Origin: the human T2T-CHM13v2.0 reference genome, Homo sapiens
DNA: 64,000 nucleotides
Assembly (NCBI RefSeq): GCF_009914755.1
Contig: NC_060932.1
Reading direction: 5' to 3' (one strand)
Every line of letters starts with the position of its first letter. Within the stretch, counting starts at the first letter, position 1. The position numbers were made by a program, and so were the translations under genes. The notes below the pieces were generated by a model that worked only from the letters and a program-made list of their open reading frames with translations, was not told the origin of the DNA and ran no database searches. This document shows positions 1 to 14,153 of this stretch, piece after piece.

Positions 1-289
1 TCCTTGGCACCTGTGTTCTGGCCACTTTTTCTCCAAATCTTCTGCTTCTTTGTCCTGCATTCCTTCCATGGAGACCCCACCCTGCATCCAGAGGACATTT
101 CTGGGGCCCCTTGCTTCACCTGGCATGATCCCAGCTCCTCACCATTGTCTAAGCTATGCCCTCTGCTAGTATGCCCTCCCTCCTGCACCTGGGGCCATTC
201 ACTCCTGCACCGCCCAAGCACCGAGGGACTGCTTGGCAAGGAAACAGGCAGGTAACCAGGTCATGCAAGTCTAATTCACACTCTAGGGA

Positions 290-525
290 GAGAAGTGAAC
301 AGAGCCTGTCCCGATGATGCCAGCAGAGGAGCTCCTCATGAAACGTGGGAGGAGGAGATGGGGAAGTCCAGGAAGGCTTCCTGGGGGAGGTACCATCTAT
401 CTGCACTGGAAATGTTGAGAGGGCCTTTGCTTGCTGAAAATGGGGCAGGAGTCTAAGCAGAGGGAACAATGTAAGCAAAGTCATGGACGAGAGAACAGCT
501 GGTATGTAGGGGAAGCACTCACCAT
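290..525 (-). mobile_element. L2 LINE relic
   Basis: GGAAGGCTTCCTGGGGGAGGTACCATCT...GCAGAGGGAACAATGTAAGCAAAG resembles the reverse complement of the L2 3' region; boundaries approximate. Confidence 0.55.
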
Positions 526-739
526 CTGCAGCTTGTTGTGTGTGTGGGAGAGAGAGAGCTTGGAGCCATGGGCCAACCTCTGTGCCAGGGGAATAAGCTG
601 ACTTTACTTTGGAGTCTTGGATGGGTTCTAGAAAAGAACGCGCCACAGTATTTTGGAAGTACTACTACTCATCCTTCAAACCTGCAATTCAATCCCCACT
701 TCTCTGAAGGGCCACCCGTGCTCCTCTCTCACAAGCAGT

Positions 740-935
740 AGGGGAAATGTGGTCCCAGGAGGCAGACAGCCAAGGCAAAGGCCAGGCAGTGCTATGTCTT
801 CACTGTGTGACCAGCAAGTTACCCAGCCTCTCTGTGCCTTAATATTCTTATCTATTAATTGGAGGATATTTTAATCCACTTCACAGGGGATTTTTTTTTT
901 TTTGATAATTAAATGGGATGCGAAGTACATTCAAT
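740..935 (+). mobile_element. MIR SINE relic
   Basis: CTGTGTGACCAGCAAGTTACCCAGCCTCTCTGTGCCTT matches the MIR core pattern. Confidence 0.6.
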
Positions 936-952
936 AAAAATTGTTCTTTTCC

Positions 953-1264
953 CCACTAGAATGGAAGATCCGTGAGGTCAAGAACTGTGTTTTGTGCACT
1001 GCTGCATCCCCGCTTCTTAGAGGAACATGTGCCATATCGATGTTTAATGAATAAACAAAGGAATGCAATACAAGATGACATAACATGGTATGAAGGGATG
1101 TATTGTTCTTAGTAATCTGTTTATCTCCCCACCTGGCCTCTGCCCTCCAGGATAAAGGTCTTTTTCACTGGCCTCTGAATCCCAGTCCTCACGCTGTGCC
1201 TGGGACCCAGAGGGTCCTCACACAGCCTTTCATGAATGAATGAATGAATGAATGAATGAATGAA
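953..1264 (+). mobile_element. Two L2 3'-end fragments, the second ending in a (TGAA)n tail
   Basis: CCACTAGAATGGAAGATCCGTGAGGTCAAGAACTGTG at ~953; (TGAA)8 at 1233-1264 is typical of an L2 tail. Confidence 0.6.
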
Positions 1265-1957
1265 CATGTAGCTGAAAGGAGTCCATAAATCAAGGTGAGT
1301 ATTGGCAGAATGGAGGTGGGATGCTGCAGAGCCTAGGCCTGATGAACTCCTTTGGTGGTCCTGTTTAAGGAGCTTCTCTTGGCATCTCTGAGAGGCTGGT
1401 GAAGGGGAAGTTGCCAACTTCAGTCTGTGGCTCCATAAGCACATGCTGTGGATTGGAGGCTGAGTCCTCTTTTAGACCTTCAGGATGCTCGAACTGTCAT
1501 TTGTGAGATTTGTCCAGCCCTGGTATCACAAATTTACACCTCTCAGCTGCCCTTGACCACCTCCTCTGCAGGAGCTCGAACTTGCCGGAGTCTTATTACT
1601 CTTTTCAGAAGCTCCCTTTCTGCCAGCACTCACAGGTCTATTCTGCATCACTGATGGCTATTGCCTAACAGCTGCAGATGCAGCTTCCCATTCACATTCA
1701 CCAAAAGCTGTGCTCCTCCAGCCTGTGAAAGCAAAGCTGGGCCGTCTTAGAAGGCAGGAGCCAGTGTGGAATAGCGCAGGGGCAGGTGGGAGGTGAGACC
1801 CTGGAAACAGAATTCTAAGGCCCAATTGTGCAAGACCAGAGCGGTGAAGAGAACACTCAAGCAGGTCATAGGAAGCAGATTGATGCCTCTCTGCACTGAT
1901 CCTTTCTGAAGAAAGAATGGGAAGATCATTATAGCTCTCTTGGGGCTTTTTATTCCC

Positions 1958-2008
1958 TGTATGTATGTATGTATGTATGTATGTATGTATGTATGTATGT
2001 ATGTATGT
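1958..2008. repeat. (TATG)n tetranucleotide microsatellite
   Basis: About 12 perfect TATG units read directly. Confidence 0.95.
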
Positions 2009-4364
2009 CTTTGCCCAGCATCTTCAAGCACCAGGTACTTCCACACAGAAATATGGATTCTGAGATGCAAGTGCATTGCCACTCCCCCTACCCTATGGTG
2101 CCCGGTTGATTGTCCCCAGTTAGGGAAGAGACTCTTGTCCCCAAAACTTGCTCCCCATGGCAGGCTTTGTCTCAGCCTCCCTCTCTTCTGGGCTTCTTTC
2201 TCAAACTCTCCACCCTGGCTCTCTCTGCTTCCCAACAATCTTTCTCAACATTTCCACACCCTTTTTCTTTCTCCCCTCTGCATTTCTGTCTTCTGACACT
2301 CTCTGGATCCTACTTCATTCTTTGTGTATCTCCTCTTCCTCAGTTCTCCTATTGTCTTATTGCTCTTTCTCTGCTTCTGTCTTTTCTCTCCTTTCCCATT
2401 CTCCGCGTCTCCCTTTGGCATCTGGATTCTTTTTCTCATTCATTTGCTCATCTTAGATTCAAGGAACACATGCTTAGTTAGCGCACATTGTGGGTCATGC
2501 ACTCTGGCAGGCTGTAGGGATGTGGTGGGGACTTTATAAATAGCGGGATAGGCAGTCACTGATCTATACTTAGCACCCTTCTCCCCTCCTCACAGCTCAA
2601 GACACTTGCTCTCTTTGGTCTGTGTGGAATAATGTAAGAAGCATGAACCTCAGTCATATGAATCTGAATTTGAACTCTGGTTCCCTTGCTCACAAATGGT
2701 AATGTAGGGCAAAGCTCTGGATCCCACTGAACTCTCCTCTCCTCAACTTTGTGTGTAAAGCGGTTGGTTATTGCGACTGCTTAATAGATTTAAATAAAGG
2801 GAAACCTTCATCTCCACTCTCAGTCAGCAAACAGAGTGTCTGCATTACGACAGGCACTAAACATTATTAATAAGACAAAGTTATATTTTTCTTTCCAGCA
2901 TCTTACACTCTAACGGAGAAGAGAGATTGTATATAAATGACGCTGTAATCCAAGTATAATTTGTGTCCACATGTGGTTCAGACCCTGCGTAAAATCACAT
3001 TTAAAGAAGCCCAGTCCAGCTACAAAATGTCATTTTCAGAAAGCAATTCCCAACTTCTCTTGAGTCTTTTGAGAAACTTGGACAATGATACAATTTGTAA
3101 TCCACATCAGCCTTTCACCGTCTTCTTCCTTGAGTCCTTGCTCCTTCAGATTCTGCCTCTGCTCAGAAATGTCTCACATGCCACCACCCCAGCATCTCCT
3201 TCCAGCTTCCAGGCCACCTGGCTTAGCCCTCCCGCTCGTCCTCTTCTTCTGCCCATCCTCTTTAGTATATAAATTGACTTTGCCTCTTTGGCTGAGATCT
3301 TGTCCCTTTCCTCTCGTCTCTCATGTTGGGATATTCTTTTTCTGCTCTTCTGACAAGACATGAAAATCATCTTGTAACCACTCTAGCCAGTACTTGCCTT
3401 GCATTGAGTACAATGGTAAAATAAGGGTTGCATGTATTAGTAAATCCTGCCCCGGTTATGATGTTAATGCAACCCACATGTTGATAATTACTCCTAACAG
3501 TTAATAACTATCAAGAATATGTTGTCTTCATGTACACTGTCCTTCAAAACTCAGAAAACTTCAGTGAAAATGTGAATGCTGAGTTGCCTTCATTTAGCTC
3601 CTCCTCCTCTTTGCCAGGGCCTAATGAACCCATCCAAACTGCGGGAGAAGATGCAGGGACACATCTTACATGGTGCGTAGAGGTGGTTCTTCTCTCTCTG
3701 CCGCTGGGGATGAACAATAAACAACCGGCCTCAGCTGCAAAGGGAAGCAGTGCTGAGGGCAAAATGAACATTGACAAGAAGGCCAAAAATCATGACGAAA
3801 TGGGCGGCAACTGGTCACCCCATGCCTGGGCTCACACTTCCTCCTGATTTCCTGCCCAGAAGTGTGCTTATTTATCAGGTCACTTTAACTCAGAAACCCA
3901 CTGACATGTTCAAAGCTCTAAGATTTAGGGTGATCTAATGGTTTTCTTTTTTCAATCCTCCAAGACATCTGAATAACTTTCTTCTTGACAAAGTGTCACT
4001 TCCATATTTCCGGCACTAAACTTGTGGGATTTTAAAGATAAAACCAGAAAAAAATATTGACAAGAAAGAAGCAATTTCTATTCCCGGGTTTCTTCAGGGT
4101 CTTTCTGTTTGGAAGCAGCTGTGTAGAAGGGCTGGGCTGGCTGTTAACTTCATCACGCTGGTTTCAGAGCACTGACCTCACTGTTGACTTTGGAACATGT
4201 TCTAGGCTCTGAAAAGAAAAGAGAGTCTCCACCAAGTAACTCCATGGGATTAAAAGCAACTACAAGCAATAGTTTCCTTTGAAGCTCAGCTCTGAAGAGA
4301 ACCCATTCATTTCATAATCAAATTAGATCAGAGGGTGAGAAGGCAGCCCAGCAGAAGGTCCTCA

Positions 4365-4733
<369 letters not shown>

Positions 4734-4740
4734 GAAGAGG

Positions 4741-5072
4741 CATCATCTTTAGCAAACTAACACAGTAACAGAAAACCAACTACCACATTTTCTTACTTAT
4801 AACTAGGAGCTAAATGATGAGAAGTCATGGACACAAAGAGCGGAACAACAGACACTGGGGCCTACTTGACAATGGAGGGTGGGAGGAGGGAGATCAGAAA
4901 ACTTAACTATTGGGTACTAGGCTTAGTGCCTCGGTGATGAAATAATCTGCACAACACACCCCATGATATGAATTTACCTATCTAACAAAAATTCACATGT
5001 ACCCCTGAACCTAAAAGTTAAAAAAAAAAATTAAAGTTGAAAACATTAAAAATAAAATTAAAAAAAAAAGAA
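4741..5072 (+). mobile_element. 5'-truncated L1PA (older primate L1) 3' end
   Basis: AGCAAACTAACACAGTAACAGAAAACCAACTACCAC...GGAGGGTGGGAGGAGGGAG...CATGTACCCCTGAACCTAAAAGTT followed by an A-rich tail. Confidence 0.9.
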
Positions 5073-5668
5073 AAGAAGAGCAACGATCAAGGTACACATT
5101 TGGTTCTTGGGCCAAGCTACTGCCTTGGAGAGAACTGGGGAGTTCAGCTGAGATCTGTCATTGAGACTGTCTGTAGACCCCCAGCCAGCCCCCATGTCTT
5201 CCAGCCTGAGTTTGAGGTGAGAGAGCTATTGCCTCAAGGCTCTCTGAGACACTGGAAGCTCAGAGCTGCCGTGCCTTGGGATGTGGGGGTACAGTGGTGG
5301 GATGGAGAGAGACCCTGCCTTGAGCTGAGTGCACATGGGAGCTGTGTGGAGCAGCATGGCAGGGCCGAAGCTGCCAATTAGTTATGAAAGAACAATCCCC
5401 ACTGCTTGTGGGCAGGTTTCAGCAACGGGGTCCCAGACATCAGGAAACCAGAGCCCCAGGAGGAGAGGCCATGGCGAGTCCCATGCATCTGAGCAGGCAG
5501 GTAATCTTGCCCCTCATCAGGATCCCAGAAATGGGTGGGCATCCCTGGTCATGGGAAAGGTTAAAAGCCTTTACTGGGTGGTCTCCTTCATTCCCCAGCT
5601 GGAAAAATCTCAGGGTTAGCTCAGATTAAAAATGCAAAGACATGTTGTCCTTTATAATAGAAACGTTA

Positions 5669-5995
<327 letters not shown>

Positions 5996-7201
5996 TTAGG
6001 CACCATTGATTGTGTTTAATTTCTTTTTTTTTTTTTTTTTTTCTGTTCAGACCCCTGTTTCCCAATGGAAACCAGTCCACTCCCTGACTTTAGCCATCCA
6101 GATCCTGCCCTCTCAGAGCATAGGAGACAGAAAAAAAATGCAGGTTCTGGGCAGTAGCATGTCCCTTGAATAGTGAGGGATGCAAGCAGGGAATCAAAAC
6201 TTTTCTATGAAAAATGATACATAGATTCTGGGAAATAAATGGTCTTCTTTTTACAGGGATCATGAGCTATAAAAATACAGGCATGGGGTACACAGAAGGC
6301 ATCTTTTCTACCACCATTGCAGGAAGTCCAACTGAGAGTGAAGTCAACAAACAGGAAACAGGCAAAGTGCTGCTGGAGACATAGAGACCAGGCATCCACT
6401 GAACCCCTAGACTTGATGTGCCTGTAGCCAGTTTCCACCTTGGATTTCCTTCTATTTTAAGCCTACATTTTCTTCCCTCCCTCCCTTTCTTCCTTCTTAA
6501 TTTACTTTTAGTTGAGTTATTTTGAAAGATTTCCATTTAACCAAGAAATTAGTGCTTGGAAGTGACAAGCCCTATAAAACAGGCTCACCTGGGTCAAAGT
6601 GAGGTGTAAGGTGTGAGGAGTCCCCTGTTGCATCTGGGAAGCTGGCAATCCCTGGTTTGCAGTAGTAACAGAACAGTCTGTTAAGCTGTTACAATGCATA
6701 TCTAAGGCCTCAGTCCCTGATCCTTCTGAGAGGAGTAGTTGGTAGTCACTACCAGGACATTAAGAAGTAGACTCCTATGGCTTTAACTATTGCACACTCC
6801 ATCCAAGCCAGTTATTTTTAAAGAAGGAAGGAAATGGTGGACATTTTGTTTAGAGGCATTTTCTGCCTCTGGGCAGCTGTTCAAGATCACGGAGAGTCAG
6901 ATTTATGGGGCCTGTAAATTTGCAAAAGCCCTGTTCCTTACTTCAATAAAGCTAGTGAAGTTGGAAAATATAACTGGAAATAAGATCATGGCCCAGAAGG
7001 AGTTGGAAAATTGGGAAAGCCTGACCCCTCATATTCCTCCAGAGATATTCTCTCTGTACACTCTGTTTTACAGCCTGGAGGCAGAGCACAAGGAACAGAT
7101 CAGCCTCCCTACTGAGCCAGCCACCCAAATGGAGGCCATTTAGCTGAAGAATATGGGAAAGGACAGAGCTTTAAGATCCATTAATAAGTAACAAAACCTA
7201 T

Positions 7202-7504
7202 GGCCGGGCACGGTGGCTCATGCCTGTAATCCCAGCACTTTGGGAGGTCAAGGTGGGTGGATCACGAGGTCAAGAGATCAAGACCAACCTGGCCAACATG
7301 GTGAAACCCTGTCTCTACTAAAAATACAAAAATTAGCTAAGCATGGTAGTGGGTGCCTGTAATCCCAGCTACTTGGGAGGCTGAGGCAGGAGAATTGCTT
7401 GAAACCCGGGAGGCAGAGGTTGCAGTGAGCCGAGATCACGCCACTGAACTCCAGTCTGGCGACAGAGGGAGACTCTATCTCAAAAAAAAAAAAAAAAAAA
7501 AAAA
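7202..7504 (+). mobile_element. AluS (Sc-like) SINE, full length
   Basis: GGCCGGGCACGGTGGCTCATG...GATCACGAGGTCAAGAGATC..., pure A tail. Confidence 0.95.
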
Positions 7505-8417
7505 GTAATGAAAACTTCAAGGGAGTATCCAGATTCGTGGACTCTGACTCAAAAAGCTCTTGTCTTGGTTACTGGCCAGTGGTGTTTTCAGAAATTGCAT
7601 CAATTAACAGATGACTGAGACGTTAGGGGATTTTTTGTGACAGGAGGAACTTCAATCCTGGTAAATGCAGGATGGTGGTTACACAACTTCCCAGGCCTCT
7701 GAGACAACAGGAAGCAGGCTGCCAAGTGACTGCAGGCCGGGGAGGGGAATCCTTCCAGTGCTTGTCTCAAATGCGGCATAGGGAGGAGTGGACAAAAGCA
7801 AGCTGTTTAAAGAGGAGAACTGGATGGGCCAGGTTGACTGATCAGGAAACTTCCTGACTTGCCAAAACAATTGAATCTGACTCTGCTGCCCGACACGATG
7901 GCTGTGCAAACATAAGTCATTTCCCCTCCCCATTTATCCAAAGGTGGAGACAACCTTGATCTTTTTCTTTCTTGTTTTTCCTCTACTATTGTATACTGGG
8001 AGTCAAGACTAATTAAAATTATTATTCATCTCATAGGTCAATCGACCATGAAAAATACACTGGAAGATAACTAAGAAGAATTTAATCAGAAAACTGTGAA
8101 TTTGGAACTGAATGTAGTAACTGAAAACATCTTGAAGTTGTCTGTCTTTGAGGAAGGAGTGGGTACATTTTCATTTATATATGGGATAGTTCTCTTTCTT
8201 AAGAAAGTAATATTTCTGGAATTTATGAAAATAAGGGTTCAGGAATGCACAGGGCAGCCAAGGGGTGGAATGTAGTGGTGAGAGCACATCTATTTTCTTT
8301 GGGTCTACTAATTCCCCTCCCCATTTCTATGTGTTCACACTGGGATTGTCCATCATGATGGACCATCATGATGATGGACCATCCCAATGTGATTGTCCGC
8401 CCTCATTAGTTACAAGG

Positions 8418-10937
8418 TGTTTCAGTTATCCATTGCTGTGTAACAGATGACACCAAAACTTAGTGGCTTAAAACAACCATAACGCATTATATCCCATGAT
8501 TTGTGGGTTGGCTGGATTAGCTTGGCCCTGCTGCTGTTCTGTGTGATTGTTGTGGTACATTCTGCAGGTAACTCATCTGCTGGGATATATCCAGGATGGC
8601 CCCGAAAGACTAAAAATGAAAGCTGCAAGGTCTCTGACGACATAATCCCAAAAGTTATACAGTGCCACTTCCACCACATTCTATTGGTCAAAATGAATCA
8701 AAAGGCCAGCTCAGATTCAAGAGGAGAAACATAGACTGTGCCTCCCTCTTAAGGAGAGGAGCAGTACGCATAGACAAGGATGAGAGAATGTTGGTAGATC
8801 TCTTTGCTGATGATGTATTACACTTCACCCTGGCTACAAATATTTATGTCTCTCATGTGTACAAAATACTCTCAGACCCTTGCAAGATCCCTGAAGTCTC
8901 ATCCAATCATGGCATAAGGCTGCTCCAAGTCCAAAATCTCATCATGTAATGAGGTCTAGGTGCAGATTAAACTTCTTAGGTGTGATTTCTTGAATGTAAT
9001 GCCTTGGGTGCAACACCACTTGATCCAGTGGCCTGGGCACTAAAAAAAAAAAATGATCCTCTGCATAAACACTCAATATGCAATGATAAGACAGGACCAA
9101 AGAGCTGCATTTGATACTTGTGTTTATGAATGGGAAAGGAGGAAGAATGGGAAGCACAAAGCCATCATTAGCCACTCTGAAATTTAGCCAGGCATATGTA
9201 ACTTGTACCCTAAACTTAGTTGCTTAAAAGAGAAAACTATAACAATTTATTCTTTGTTGATGATTCTATACATTGGCTGGGTTTTGCTGGATGGTTCTGC
9301 TCCATGAGCCGTTGGCTGGTGTCACTCAGATAGCTGCAGGACTAGCTTCATGAGCATGTGACCAGGGCATTTTAAGGGCCCTGTACTTAAAGGGCCTCAA
9401 GATTGAGGTTTAAAGCTTTGTGGTCACTATCTTAAAATAGTGATCACATTTATCTTTGAATTTGTGTTTCGTAAATAATAGGACAACTGAATATTCACAG
9501 AGGGCTTGGAACATGTGGCCCTGCTTCCCACTGTATCACTCCTGTCTCCCCACCACATCCCCAGACAGGATTTTTAGCCACCTTCTCCATGTACCTTGAT
9601 GTCCTGGGCTCCACCTAGCATTCCTCTCTTGGCTTCTGCCCCATGACCACTGTTGCCCTCCACCTGGGATGGTGACCAGGTTGGGTCAGCAAGGGGAAAG
9701 TCTGTTTTCTGCCACCACCCTCTACTCTCTAGTGTTGGAGGGACCCAGGCACAGGGTGTTGGGAGGGTCTAGGTCAGACATCCATGCCCCATGGCTTCTT
9801 GGGGTGGGTCATGGCAGTGGCCATTCCTGCCCTTGGCTGGCAGCATCACAGCACCATTTGGTGGGGGACTCAGCACTTGGGAGCTTCTTACCCATCTGTG
9901 ACTCACATGTCCTGGCATGGAGGTTGCAATACCCTTGAGGATTGCTTGTTCGCTATGGTTGGGGTGGCAGGTTATGGGATGAAAAAATGCCTCACTTGAC
10001 TTCTCCATTCTCATCCCAGTCCTGGCCACCATTCCAATAGTTTGTGGAAGGAGGATCCCAGTGGCCAACAGGCTTGATCCCAGATTGCAGGGCAGGAACC
10101 CCAGAGACCTGTGAGAGTCTTCACCTGCCCCATGAGTGTCCTAAGGAGGCCCTCCCTTGGTCTTCTCTGTGCCTGGGGTGTCCCACTCCCAAGTTTTCTT
10201 CTGGTCCTCTGGAGGCACTATCCAGTGATGATTCACAAGACACAAATTGTGAAATTTCAGTGATTCTGCATGTGAGTTAAGTGCTCTGATGTTTGTACTT
10301 AAAAGTAGAATTAAGAATGAATGGTAAAATTCATGCTAATAATTTGGTATCTTAATGTTCTTTACTTAAAACAATATTAAATTGCAAATTTTTTAAAAAG
10401 TCACAAGTGGAGAGATAAACCATGAACTAAAGGGGACAACTTGTATACTTTAATACATTTAATGGTACTTTTTTTCTGCTTTTTGTACAAAAGGCTCCAT
10501 ATTTTTATTTTGCAGTGGGTCCCAGGAATTCTGTAAGCAGTCCTGTGTGGATGCAGTTAACTGGGAGCTTGGCTAGTGTTGCAACATCCAACACAGCTTC
10601 ACTCCCAGGTCTGTGGGCTCAGCAAAGAGGCTGAAATGGCTGGGACTACCTGTACCTCTCTCTTGTGTGATCTGTCACCATTGAGCCGTTTAGCTCAAGC
10701 TTCTTTATGTGGTGGCTTGCTCCCAAGAAGATGAAAATGAAGGTAAGGGAGCTCTAAAAACTTAGGACTGAGAGTCTTACATTGTCACTTCCACCGCATT
10801 TATGAGTCAAACTATATCACAGAGACATCCCAGATTCAAGGGAGAGGTTACAGATATACTTCTTGATGGGAGAAGTGGCATGTTCAACCAGGGTAGAGAG
10901 GGATTGTAGTCAGCCTTGTTGCAGACAACCAACCACA
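8418..10937 (-). mobile_element. MLT1-type MaLR remnant: LTR (~8418-8822), internal fragment, second LTR (~9195-10937) interrupted by a hAT element
   Basis: TCAGTTATCCATTGCTGTGTAACA...AAAACTTAGTGGCTTAAAACAAC motif recurs at ~9212 (AAACTTAGTTGCTTAAAA); both pieces contain CCAG(C)TCAGATTCAAG. Confidence 0.7.
9337..10545. mobile_element. ~1.2-kb non-autonomous hAT DNA transposon with MER53-like ends (FordPrefect-like)
   Basis: Starts CAGGACTAGCTTCATGAGCATGTGACC and ends TTTTGCAGTGGGTCCCAGGAATTCTGTAAGCAGTCCTG (CAGGAC/GTCCTG termini); degenerate 8-bp TSD GATAGCTG/TGTGGATG. Confidence 0.65.
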
Positions 10938-11389
10938 GAAGAACAAGCGACTGGCTGCTGAAGTTAGGTTAATCATCATGCCCTCTCCCTTCAGTAGCAG
11001 TCAGAAAGTGGTCCCCAGATGGACACATGCCACAAGAACATCTATTCAATTCACAGCATCTAGCATTGATACTCTGGAAGAGGAGTTTCTTTTTCTTTCA
11101 GATTGTAGTTGTACGGATTTAGACTTGAAATGATCAGTAGTCATTTTTCCTTTGAGGTAGAAAAGCCTGATCATCAAATGAAGCAACAGAGAAGCAGTGT
11201 CCTGCTATCATCTTTGGAAGACCTGGAGCATTTATGCATATGGCCAGCATGACCCTTAGCTTCCCACTGTGTGAGTCAACACTATTTTTTGTGCTTAAGC
11301 CATCTTGAATTTGATCTCTGTCATATCCTCAAAATATTTAGTGATACAACGAGGCACTATAGACAGGCTATGCACATTGTTTTACACCA

Positions 11390-12212
11390 TCCTTTCAATA
11401 ACATTATCCTGTTGCTTAAGCCAAAAGCCTAAGAATCATGACCCTTTCTTTCCCTGCCTTTTCAGACTTTAAATCTAATCTATTAACATTTCTTTTTGAC
11501 TCTATTCCAATCTAAAGCCTAAATTCATCTACTGCTGATCATCCTTTCTCCATAATTTAAGCCAACATCATCCTTCTTCCTATAACAGAATCCTAACAAA
11601 CCCTCCTGCTTACACTCTTGTCTCCTTATAATGAATCATCATGCAGCATAGTAATTTCTAAAATAAAATGAAATCATAACACTCCACTAATTACAATCCT
11701 CCTATGGCTTTCTATTGTGTTTAGGTTAAAATCTAAACAGTTTAATGGCATTTACAAATCCATTATGTCCTGGTGCCTGTTTATCCCTCCAAATAAACCT
11801 TGGACCCACCTCAGCTCAAGTTCTCTGCACACCAAACACATTGTCAGGCTCTTCCATGAACAACTTCTGACTTTTCCGTGTACAGGTTTCTCCTTCTCAC
11901 TTCACACCCATGATTTCCATATGTCTTCTCCTATTCACCCTTTAGGACCCAGATCAAATGTTTTCTTTTCATAGAGTCTCTCCCAGAAGCCTCTCTATCT
12001 GTCTAAAAGAGCTTCCTCCCATTCACCGTCAATCACATTGTAAGATAGAGATAATTTCTGTGGTAGCACTTGCCATTCTGTGGCATTATTTTATTATTAT
12101 TTGTAAAATTTTGGTTTGTCTACTATCTGAATTTTTCTATTAAAATATAAGCTCCTTGAGGGCAGGCACTATTTTCAGTGCCTAGCACAGTTTTCTAGAC
12201 ATTCAACAAAAA
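11390..12212 (+). mobile_element. L2 LINE 3' region
   Basis: CCCAGATCAAATG...GAAGCC, ATATAAGCTCCTTGAGGGCAGG, CAGTGCCTAGCACAG. Confidence 0.8.
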
Positions 12213-12254
12213 GTAGCAACAATGAAAACCAATAAAACAAAAATCCATACTATG

Positions 12255-12400
12255 AGGCATATGTTGTAATCCTCATTTTACAGATTTAAATTCTAAGGCT
12301 CAGAGAAGTCAAATGACATGTCTAAGGTCACATATCTAGGAAGAGGTGAAGCTAGTATTCAGGTCAAACTTTGCCTGTCTCCAAAACCTAAGCCCTTGCT
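12255..12400 (-). mobile_element. MIR SINE relic
   Basis: CCTCATTTTACAGAT...AAGGCTCAGAGAAGTCAAATGAC...AAGGTCACA. Confidence 0.75.
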
Positions 12401-12789
12401 GCCTTTCTGTGCCCTTTTTATAAAGATGATCTACTCACGGGTTATATTTGAAGGTCTTGTAGATCAAGAATCATCCACAGTGGGACACTGAAGCTATGAG
12501 GCAATCAAATGGTGTCTTGGCTCCTCTCACTATGTTCTTACTACCAAGCATAGATTCAAATAATTCTCAAGCATGGCTGTCAAGGTAAAAGGTAGCAAAT
12601 GGTAACACACAGCCTCCAGGTGAGTCCAAAGGGTTTCTTCTTGACTCTGGTGAAAGTATTCAGGAGCTGGCTTCACATTTAAGAGTTTTGTTTTACCATT
12701 AAATAAGTCACTTTCTTCTCTCCATTTGGAAAGAGGGAGGGATCTCCCCTTGAAAGCTTGGAGTAATTGACTTAGTTTGTGCTAAGATG

Positions 12790-13110
12790 TTCTTTCCTCA
12801 TTTACCTCACCTTCTACAGGTCTTGCTCCCCCTTCTTGCTAAGGTTTCTGCTCTAATGACCTCCTTAGGGCAGCCTACACCCACCACCCTATGCACTTCT
12901 GTGTCCTGAGCCTGCTCCTTTGCCTCAGTGCACTGCACCAATCATTACCTGCCATATTTTCTACATATGTGTCTGTGTCTATGTCTACCAGGACAATGAA
13001 AGCTCCCTGGCATCGAGGACTTTATTTTATTTACCACGCATACCCGGGGCCTAGAAAGATGTCGGTGTATAGTAGAAATTCAATAATATTTGTTGAATGA
13101 GTGGATAAAT
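12790..13110 (+). mobile_element. L2 LINE 3' end
   Basis: ...GAAAGCTCC...CAATAATATTTGTTGAATGAGTGGAT terminal motif. Confidence 0.65.
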
Positions 13111-14153
13111 ACATAAGCGAATCCTTTCGAGTATGGATTTAGAGTGTGCTAAGGAAGACCCTCTCTGCTCGAAAGGAATGGGAAGGAGCTGCCATTTCTT
13201 GAATTTCCCTGATGTCTAGGGCTCTTTCTCCTAAGAAACTCACTTGTCCTTCCCACTCTGCAGTTAGAGAGCTATCTATAATCATGCCCATTGGTCTGAT
13301 GAGAAAGCTCAAGTGTTGGAGAGGTTGGGTGACATGTGCATGATACACAGCTGGAAAATAGTGCGGCTAGGATTACATTCTGTTCAGTCCTACTTGAAAG
13401 GCCATGCTCTTTCAGCTAAGGAATATTACACAAGGCTAGGTGGTAGGGAGACTAATATTAATTACAATATTGAAATAGAATTGTAGTAATTCAAAAGTAT
13501 GAAAAATGTCCTACTCCCATTCTCTATTAGGCATTTGACACTTTCCTTTCAAAGTAGAATGAAATTTTATAGCTCTGGATGATCAGACTTTTAAAAAAAT
13601 ATGGCTCAAAAGGTTTTTTCTTTGTCCTTTTGGTTATTTCACCATTTTCTTTGCAGTAGCATTTTTATTTCTAGAATCTTTCTTAGCAGAATGAATTCCC
13701 CTGGCATGTAAAATTTATTTAACTTAGAATTTTAATTAGGTAATTTGGAAAGCTGAACTCATCAATTGAGTCATAAATCTTGGACTATTTTAAGACAAGC
13801 CCTCCAAACACATAACCTTCAGGACTCTGATCCTGCCTCGTGTCATAGTAAGGAGAGAAAGCAGTTATTATGGGGTCACTGTAGAACACGTTGTAGTACA
13901 GATGCTCTTTGACTTATGATGAAGCTACCTCCCGATAAACCCATCATAAGCAGAAAATATCATAAGTTGAAAATGCATTTAATACACCTAACCTACTGAA
14001 TATTAGCCTACCTCAAACATGCTCCAAACACTTACCTTACCCTACAGTTAGGCAAAATCATCTAACACAAGGTTTATTTTATAATAGGGTGTGGAATATC
14101 TCATGTAATTTATTGAATACTGACAGTGAAAAACAGAATGGTTGTATGGGTAC

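Larger units (their letters stand above)
8270..11348 (+). mobile_element. Old MLT1-type MaLR LTR split by younger insertions (outer pieces ~8270-8415 and ~10940-11348)
   Basis: 3' piece ends ...GTGAGTCAACACTATTTTTTGTGCTTAAGCC...CTCTGTCA...TAGTGATACA, typical of an MLT1 end. Confidence 0.45.
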
